Origin: Gemmatimonadota bacterium
GTDB lineage: Bacteria; Latescibacterota; UBA2968; UBA8231
Assembly (NCBI GenBank): GCA_038128265.1
Contig: JAYPJE010000023.1
Span: 1-64,000 of the forward strand
Length of the DNA: 64,000 bases
Direction of reading: 5' to 3'
Below are positions 57,879-64,000 of the stretch, piece by piece (position 1 is the first letter of the stretch; each line of letters begins with the position of its first letter). A model generated the notes under the pieces. It ran no database searches. It worked only from the letters and a program-made list of their open reading frames with translations, and was not told the DNA's origin. The position numbers were made by a program, and so were the translations under genes.

Positions 57879-58433
57879 TTACAAACCAAACGGCGCGCGG
57901 CTCAGCGTTTCATAGGCGGGTCCCCGGCGCCCGAGACGGCTTTCTACCAGCTCTATTGCACGCGCATCAAACGCTAGGCTTGGCCCTTCGCTCATCCAAT
58001 TGACGCTCGGCACGGAACTGCGCGAACGCACCCGTCCCAACGTGATGTGAGGACGGAAAGAGCGCTCTTCGGCCGACCAACCCGCACCCCGAACGACCTG
58101 TTCTACCCGCTGCTGCAGCACACCGAGCTCGTCGGTCGCACCACCGAGGCCAGCCCACAAAACGCTCGGTCGACGCGCATTGGGAAAACAGCCGACCCCT
58201 TCGATGCGCAGCGCAAAAGCGGCGGTCTGTGCAGCCACCTGCGCAAGGGTTTCTCGCAGCGACTGCACGGTCTCTGCCTTGCTCTCGCCCAGAAAGCGCA
58301 GCGTCAAGTGCCTATGTTCCCCAGGCACCCAGCGCACGGCCCCCACATCCCAGCGCACGCGCAGCGTATCACACCAATTGTCCAATGCCAACAGCACGTC
58401 GGCAGGTGGACGCAGGGCAATAAAGGCGCGCAC
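57879..58433 (-). CDS. thpR: RNA 2',3'-cyclic phosphodiesterase
   Basis: MRAFIA, HLTLRFLG and PHITLGR (two HxT motifs). Confidence 0.9.
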   Translation of the reverse strand: MRAFIALRPPADVLLALDNWCDTLRVRWDVGAVRWVPGEHRHLTLRFLGESKAETVQSLRETLAQVAAQTAAFALRIEGVGCFPNARRPSVLWAGLGGATDELGVLQQRVEQVVRGAGWSAEERSFRPHITLGRVRSRSSVPSVNWMSEGPSLAFDARAIELVESRLGRRGPAYETLSRAPFGL

Positions 58434-58448
58434 AGCTGGGAATACGCG

Positions 58449-59249
58449 CTAGCGCGCGCCGCACGCCTTCAAACAGGCATTGAGGTAACCGCGACTTTCA
58501 GCGGCGATCGTCGCAACGCGGCCCAACTCGTACTCCTTGGCGCCAATAACCTCGAAACTAGCCGACAAATCACCACCCGCCTCATGCAATACGCGCACGT
58601 AGCCGGCCAGGTCGATTTGCCCGCGTCCGCAGGCCTGCAGTTCCGGCGCGCCCGGCCCGCCTTCGGGCACCGCACAGTCGCGTATGTGCACGTGCTTGAC
58701 GCGCGATACCACGGCGCCCAATGCCTCGACCGGATTTTCGCCGGCGCGATGGATGTGGCTTGGGTCCATATTTACGGCAAAGCCAGGTGATTCAATTGCT
58801 TCCATAGCGCGCAGCATTGTCGGCGTATTGTAAATGCAGTTGCCCACATGCGCTTTGACGCCCATGGTAACCCCGTGCGCATGGGCGCGATCGGCCATCT
58901 TGGCAATAAATTCTATGTGATATTGGATATCTTCTTCGACGTCGGCTTTGCCGCCCGGTCCTACATTGATAACCGGAATACCGATTTCAGCACCCGCTGC
59001 AAAGGCTTTCTCCAAGCGCTCTTCGTCGAGGGCGGCTTCTTCCATTGCCAGCAATTGCAGTCCATATTGCTCGCTCAATTCCTGAATCTGGTTTTTCTGC
59101 GCCTGCCAGTTGTCGAGCTCGAGGTGTTCGCAGTTTCCCTTAATGGCCGACAGTTCAATGCCGTCGTAGCCTGCCCAGGCGATGTATTTGAAGGCGGTTT
59201 CAATATCAAAACCGCCAAAGAGAACCGAATTAGCACCCAGTTTTATCAT
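58449..59249 (-). CDS. Sugar phosphate isomerase/epimerase
   Basis: GYDGIEL, MDPSH, HVHIRD, GRGQID. Confidence 0.85.
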   Translation of the reverse strand: MIKLGANSVLFGGFDIETAFKYIAWAGYDGIELSAIKGNCEHLELDNWQAQKNQIQELSEQYGLQLLAMEEAALDEERLEKAFAAGAEIGIPVINVGPGGKADVEEDIQYHIEFIAKMADRAHAHGVTMGVKAHVGNCIYNTPTMLRAMEAIESPGFAVNMDPSHIHRAGENPVEALGAVVSRVKHVHIRDCAVPEGGPGAPELQACGRGQIDLAGYVRVLHEAGGDLSASFEVIGAKEYELGRVATIAAESRGYLNACLKACGAR

Positions 59250-59317
59250 GGTAAAAATTCCTCAAATAGGAGAAGGTGAATATTGATAGACCACACCAAT
59301 TTATCGCGCAATTTGTC

Positions 59318-59346
59318 AGTATAGTGCGGTGTCTAAAGGGCGTCAA
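59318..59346 (-). promoter_or_regulatory. sigma70 promoter
   Basis: TTGACG-17 nt-TATACT on the minus strand. Confidence 0.7.
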
Positions 59347-59401
59347 GCAAGGGGTTAACGCTCCTTGCGCCGGGCAGTGATGCGCCTCCTGCGAACGGGG
59401 G

Positions 59402-59429
59402 TTGACCCGATGCGCACTCCGACTATCAT
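59402..59429 (+). promoter_or_regulatory. sigma70 promoter upstream of uvrA
   Basis: TTGACC-16 nt-TATCAT. Confidence 0.55.
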
Positions 59430-59559
59430 CCAATATGCGGACCCGCCCTTTCCATTTTCACCTTTTCCAACCAGATTAATTGGTCGGTCCGGTATTACAC
59501 GAAGGCAGCGCACAGTCGACGATGTGCCCTTCGGGCTTTGCCCAACTGCAAGGATAGGC

Positions 59560-62500
59560 ATGGAAACCCACCAAATCATCGTGCGCGGCGCCCGCGTGCA
59601 CAATCTGAAAAACGTCCATTTAGAGCTGCCCAAAAACCAGCTTATCTGCTTTACAGGCGTGTCGGGCTCGGGCAAGTCGTCCATGGCCTTTGATACGCTG
59701 TACGCCGAAGGCCAGCGCCGCTATGTGACCTCGCTATCGGCCTATGCGCGCCAGTTTCTCGGCCAGATGGAAAAGCCGGACGTCGACCAAATTTCTGGAC
59801 TGGCACCAACGATTTCTATCGCCCAGAAAACCGCTGGCCAAAATCCGCGATCGACGGTGGGCACCATTACAGAGATATACGACTACCTGCGCATTCTCTT
59901 CGCGCGCGTTGGCGTGCCGCACTGCGTCGAGTGCGGACAGCCCATTGGCGCGCAAAGCCGCGAGCAGATGGTGTCGCGCATTCACGCCCTGCCCGAGGGA
60001 ACGCGTCTACACGTGCTGGCCCCGATAGTGCAGGAGCGCAAAGGCGAGTACCACGAACTCTTCGAAGACCTGCAGAAAGCCGGCTACATCCGCGTGCGCG
60101 TCGATGGACAAATATTCCATCTCGACGATGCACCCGAATTGGATCGCTACAGCCGCCACACTATTGAAGTGGTGATAGACCGCCTCGTGCTGCGCGAAGA
60201 GCAGCGCGGTCGGCTCACCGAAGCAGTGGACACGGCCCTGCGAATGGGCGAGGGCACGTTCATTGTTGCGCGCGACGGCGAACAGGACCAGCTCTACAGC
60301 GCCCGCTTTGACTGCCCCGACTGCGGCGTATCATACCAAGAGCCGACCCCGCAAATGTTCTCATTTAACAACCCACAGGGCATGTGCCGCGCGTGCAACG
60401 GACTTGGCACGCAGGTGCTGATGAGCGAGCACTTGCTGATACCCGATCCGCAGAAATCCATTATGCAGGGCGCAATCGAGCCACTCGGCGACGTGACGAG
60501 CAACCGCTGGCGCCTGCACCTTTACGAGGGCGCTGCCGACTACCTCGGCTTTGACCTCAACACGCCGTGGCAGGACCTCGACGCGGAGCAGAAGCGCGGC
60601 TTTCTCCATGGCCTCGGCGACGAAAAGATCACTTTCACCTATACCAACAAGCGCAAGTACACCTGGTCGCACGACGACCCCTATGAGGGCGTCGTCGCCA
60701 TGCTCGAAGAGCGCTTCCGCGGCGGCAACGAGCGCATTCGACGCGAGTTGGAGCAGTTTATGGGCACGCAGACTTGCGCAGCCTGTACAGGAGGACGCCT
60801 GCGCACCGAATCGCTATCGGTGCTCATAGAGGAGCGCAATATGCCCTCGCTGACCGGCATCGCCATTGAAGAGGCGCGCGATTTCTTTGCCGATTTGGCG
60901 TTCGACCCCGTGCGCGCCCTGATTGCCGAAGAAGCGCTAAAAGAAATTCGTGGGCGCCTGCAGCTCATGTGCGACATGGGTCTGGGCTATCTCACTCTGG
61001 ACCGCGGTGCCCACACGCTATCCGGCGGCGAGGCACAGCGCATCCGCCTAGCGTCGCAAATCGGCTCCGGCCTAGTCGGTGTGATGTACATTCTCGACGA
61101 ACCGTCCATTGGCCTGCACTACCGCGACAACCGACGACTGCTCGACACGCTCAAGCGGCTCCGCGATATCGGCAATACCGTCATCGTCGTCGAGCACGAC
61201 GAAGAGACCATGCGCGAAGCCGACCTCATCGTCGACTTCGGTATCGGAGCCGGCGAGCGCGGCGGTACACTCGTGGCATGCGGCACACCAACAGACGTAG
61301 AAAAACACCCCGACTCAATTACAGGACACTATCTGGCCGGCCGACTGCAGATCCCCACGCCAAGCCAGCGGCGAGCCGGCAGCGGCCAGTGGCTGGAAAT
61401 CATCGGCGCCCGCCACCACAATCTGCAAAACGTCGATGCGCGCATTCCCCTAGGCTGTTTTACCAGCGTCTGCGGGGTGTCGGGTTCGGGCAAATCATCG
61501 CTGGTAAACGACATCCTCTTTAAAGCGCTCGACCGGCAGCTACACCGCGCCCAGATCGAAGCCGGCGCACATTCATCTATCCGCGGCGTCGAACATCTCG
61601 ACAAGGTCATTCGCATCGACCAGAAGCCCATCGGCCGCACGCCGCGCTCAAATCCGGCGACCTACACCGACGTATTCACACCTATCCGCCAGCTCTTTGC
61701 CAAGCTGCCCGAAGCGCGCCTGCGCGGCTATCAGCAAGGCCGCTTCTCTTTCAACGTAAAGGGGGGGCGCTGCGAGGCCTGTGAGGGCAACGGCGCCACG
61801 CTCGTCGAAATGGAATTCTTGGCCGACGTCTGGGTAGAGTGCGAAGTCTGTCAGGGCAGCCGCTTTAACCGCGAAACGCTAACGGTAAAATTCCGCGAAA
61901 AGTCCATCGCCGACATCTTGCAGATGGAAGTGGAAGAAGCGCTGACCTTTTTCGAAAACGTGCCACAAATACACCGCGTGATAAAAACCCTCGACGACGT
62001 GGGACTCGGCTATATAAGGCTGGGGCAGCCTGCTCCAACCCTGTCCGGCGGCGAGGCCCAGCGCGTAAAGCTGGCCAAGGAGCTTTGCCGGCGCAGCACC
62101 GGACGCACGCTCTACATCCTCGACGAACCGACCACGGGCCTGCACTTTGCCGACGTCGACAAGCTGCTCAACATACTTCACACCTTTGCCGATCAGGGCA
62201 ATACGGTCGTCGTGATTGAGCACAATATGGAAGTGATCAAAACGGCCGACTACATTTTAGATCTCGGTCCGGAAGGAGGCGCTGACGGTGGCCAAATTGT
62301 CGCTATGGGCACGCCGGAACAAGTTGCAGCCGTTGCGCAGTCCTACACTGGCCGCTTTCTCAAAGACTTGCTCGATCCCCCGAAAAAGCGAACGCGCAAA
62401 CGCGTAAACAAGAAGCGTAAGAGAGAAGCCGACAGCGGCTGGATCCGCGAAATTGAGGTCAGCGGCGCGCGCCAGAACAACCTGCGCGGTATCGACGTTA

Positions 62501-64000
62501 AAATCCCCCGCGATCAGATGACGGTTATATCCGGCGTCTCGGGTTCGGGTAAATCAACGCTTGCGTTTGACACCATCTACGCCGAGGGACAGCGGCGCTA
62601 CGTGGAGTCGCTTTCGGCCTACGCGCGCCAATTCCTCGAACAGATGCAAAAACCCAAGGTCGAGCGCGTCGCCGGCCTGTCTCCCGCCATCGCCATCGAG
62701 CAAAAGCCGCCGAGCAAAAATCCGCGCTCTACGGTGGGCACGGTAACCGAAGTATACGATTACGTGCGCGCGCTCTATGCGACTATCGGCACCCAGCACT
62801 GTCCGCGCTGCCGCGTGCCCGTCGGCTCTCAAACGGCACAGCAGATCGTCGATCGCCTTCTCGACAGTGCGGCTGAAAAACGCGTAGTGCTGCTGGCTCC
62901 GGTGGAACCGCGTCACAACGAGGGCTATGAGACGCTGCTCCAGCGAGCGCGCACGGATGGCTTTGTGCGCGTGCGCATCGACGGGCAAATCCACGAATTG
63001 AGCGAGGATATCGCCATTGAGCGCCGGCTGCGCCACCGCGTCGAACTCATTGTCGACCGCCTAGCCGTGCGCCAGCGCGAGCTGAGCCGCCTCAACGAAT
63101 CCGTCGAACGCGCCTTGGAGCTATCGGGCGGTGAGCTCATTGCATACTATCCAGACGAAGAAGAGGAAACGCGCTACAGCCGGCGCTACTCTTGCCCGCA
63201 GTGTGGCGATGCTTTCTCTACGCTGCACCCGCAGAGCTTTTCATTTAATCACCAACAGGGCATGTGTTCCATATGCGAAGGGCTCGGCGAGGGAGAAGGC
63301 GTTGACCGCGAGTTGGTTATCGCCGACCACAGCCTCAGCGTGCGCGCCGGTGCGATTGCCCTATGGGGCGCTATTGAGGACGCTGACTTTGCGCGCCTAT
63401 TGGAGCTGGCCGGGAGCAAACTAGGCTTTGACATCGACACCCCCTTCGCCGAACTCTCTCATGCTGCGCGACGCGCCCTGCTCTACGGTGCGCCCGGCGA
63501 GCGCATGGCTTTAAACGAGCGTGGCCACGCTTTCTGCTACCGCGGCGTGCTACCCATCATCGACGAGACCGCGCGGCGTTCGACGCGCCACAAGCGCACG
63601 CTAAAACAGGTTCCGTGCTCGGCCTGCGAGGGGTCGCGCCTGAAGACAGAGAGCCGCTTTGTCTATCTGCGCGAACGCAGCATTGCCGATATTGCCCGTC
63701 TCCCCATTGCCGAAAGCCAGCCATTTTTTGCCGATATGGCGTTGGATGTGCGCGAAGGAGAAATCGCCGGCGAACTGCTGCAAGAAATTCGCATGCGACT
63801 TGGTTTTTTGGAGCGCGTCGGCCTTGGCTACATCTCCTTGGACCGCCGCGCCTCAACGCTTTCAGGGGGCGAGGCACAGCGCATCCGCCTCGCATCGCAG
63901 ATCGGTTCCGGCCTGACCGGCGTGCTGTATCTACTCGACGAGCCAACCATTGGCCTGCACCCACGCGACAACCGTCGCCTGCTCGATGCGCTGGCGGCGC
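59560..64000 (+). CDS. uvrA: Excinuclease ABC subunit A, tandem-duplicated form; 3' partial
   Basis: METHQIIVRGARVHNLKN..GVSGSGKS..DTLYAEGQRRY; complete first module, then an in-frame second GARQNNL..GVSGSGKS..DTIYAEGQRRY near 62461-62600; absent from the ORF track, consistent with no stop before the window end. Confidence 0.93.
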   Translation, partial: METHQIIVRGARVHNLKNVHLELPKNQLICFTGVSGSGKSSMAFDTLYAEGQRRYVTSLSAYARQFLGQMEKPDVDQISGLAPTISIAQKTAGQNPRSTVGTITEIYDYLRILFARVGVPHCVECGQPIGAQSREQMVSRIHALPEGTRLHVLAPIVQERKGEYHELFEDLQKAGYIRVRVDGQIFHLDDAPELDRYSRHTIEVVIDRLVLREEQRGRLTEAVDTALRMGEGTFIVARDGEQDQLYSARFDCPDCGVSYQEPTPQMFSFNNPQGMCRACNGLGTQVLMSEHLLIPDPQKSIMQGAIEPLGDVTSNRWRLHLYEGAADYLGFDLNTPWQDLDAEQKRGFLHGLGDEKITFTYTNKRKYTWSHDDPYEGVVAMLEERFRGGNERIRRELEQFMGTQTCAACTGGRLRTESLSVLIEERNMPSLTGIAIEEARDFFADLAFDPVRALIAEEALKEIRGRLQLMCDMGLGYLTLDRGAHTLSGGEAQRIRLASQIGSGLVGVMYILDEPSIGLHYRDNRRLLDTLKRLRDIGNTVIVVEHDEETMREADLIVDFGIGAGERGGTLVACGTPTDVEKHPDSITGHYLAGRLQIPTPSQRRAGSGQWLEIIGARHHNLQNVDARIPLGCFTSVCGVSGSGKSSLVNDILFKALDRQLHRAQIEAGAHSSIRGVEHLDKVIRIDQKPIGRTPRSNPATYTDVFTPIRQLFAKLPEARLRGYQQGRFSFNVKGGRCEACEGNGATLVEMEFLADVWVECEVCQGSRFNRETLTVKFREKSIADILQMEVEEALTFFENVPQIHRVIKTLDDVGLGYIRLGQPAPTLSGGEAQRVKLAKELCRRSTGRTLYILDEPTTGLHFADVDKLLNILHTFADQGNTVVVIEHNMEVIKTADYILDLGPEGGADGGQIVAMGTPEQVAAVAQSYTGRFLKDLLDPPKKRTRKRVNKKRKREADSGWIREIEVSGARQNNLRGIDVKIPRDQMTVISGVSGSGKSTLAFDTIYAEGQRRYVESLSAYARQFLEQMQKPKVERVAGLSPAIAIEQKPPSKNPRSTVGTVTEVYDYVRALYATIGTQHCPRCRVPVGSQTAQQIVDRLLDSAAEKRVVLLAPVEPRHNEGYETLLQRARTDGFVRVRIDGQIHELSEDIAIERRLRHRVELIVDRLAVRQRELSRLNESVERALELSGGELIAYYPDEEEETRYSRRYSCPQCGDAFSTLHPQSFSFNHQQGMCSICEGLGEGEGVDRELVIADHSLSVRAGAIALWGAIEDADFARLLELAGSKLGFDIDTPFAELSHAARRALLYGAPGERMALNERGHAFCYRGVLPIIDETARRSTRHKRTLKQVPCSACEGSRLKTESRFVYLRERSIADIARLPIAESQPFFADMALDVREGEIAGELLQEIRMRLGFLERVGLGYISLDRRASTLSGGEAQRIRLASQIGSGLTGVLYLLDEPTIGLHPRDNRRLLDALAA

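Noticed and set aside
59355..63964. Many short ORFs on both strands over the right end
   Set aside because: Shadows of the long uvrA frame, which the track omits because it has no stop in the window
1..64000. Selenoprotein (in-frame UGA plus SECIS), tRNA-Sec, CRISPR array, IS or prophage
   Set aside because: No split genes, cloverleafs, spaced direct repeats or mobility genes recognised by eye; tRNAscan-SE, Infernal and bSECISearch would be needed to exclude them formally

Overview
GC-rich bacterial chromosomal window of about 60 densely packed genes. I recognised no rRNA, tRNA, CRISPR array, integrase or transposase. Housekeeping genes: mqnB-mqnD (futalosine menaquinone pathway), purM, selB, a Sua5/YciO/YrdC protein, sppA, thpR, a U32/DUF3656 protein, a THUMP RNA methyltransferase and a tandem-duplicated ('double') uvrA running off the right edge. 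These are interspersed with a large catabolic repertoire: 7 PhyH-like Fe(II)/2OG dioxygenases, 2 sulfatases, 3 sugar-phosphate isomerase/epimerase TIM barrels, 2 nitrilase-family enzymes, 2 creatininases, amidohydrolases, a UxuA-like dehydratase, an AGE epimerase and DUF1080. There are also signalling proteins (HD-GYP, HDOD, FIST) and two large secreted FlgD-Ig-tailed proteins. The mix resembles Ca. Latescibacterota/Poribacteria-type genomes (inference only). Most notable: (i) four PhyH paralogues replace the HxD iron triad with HxG/HxS, a halogenase-like signature, and all four carry an acidic residue 4 positions before the distal His; (ii) a sigma54-type promoter with an IHF site and upstream inverted repeats appears dedicated to an unannotated 32-aa membrane peptide, followed by an ~80-nt hairpin; (iii) several unannotated, partly leaderless small ORFs, including a 14-aa Phe/His-rich uORF before the double uvrA. 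All calls come from reading motifs by eye; no database searches were run.
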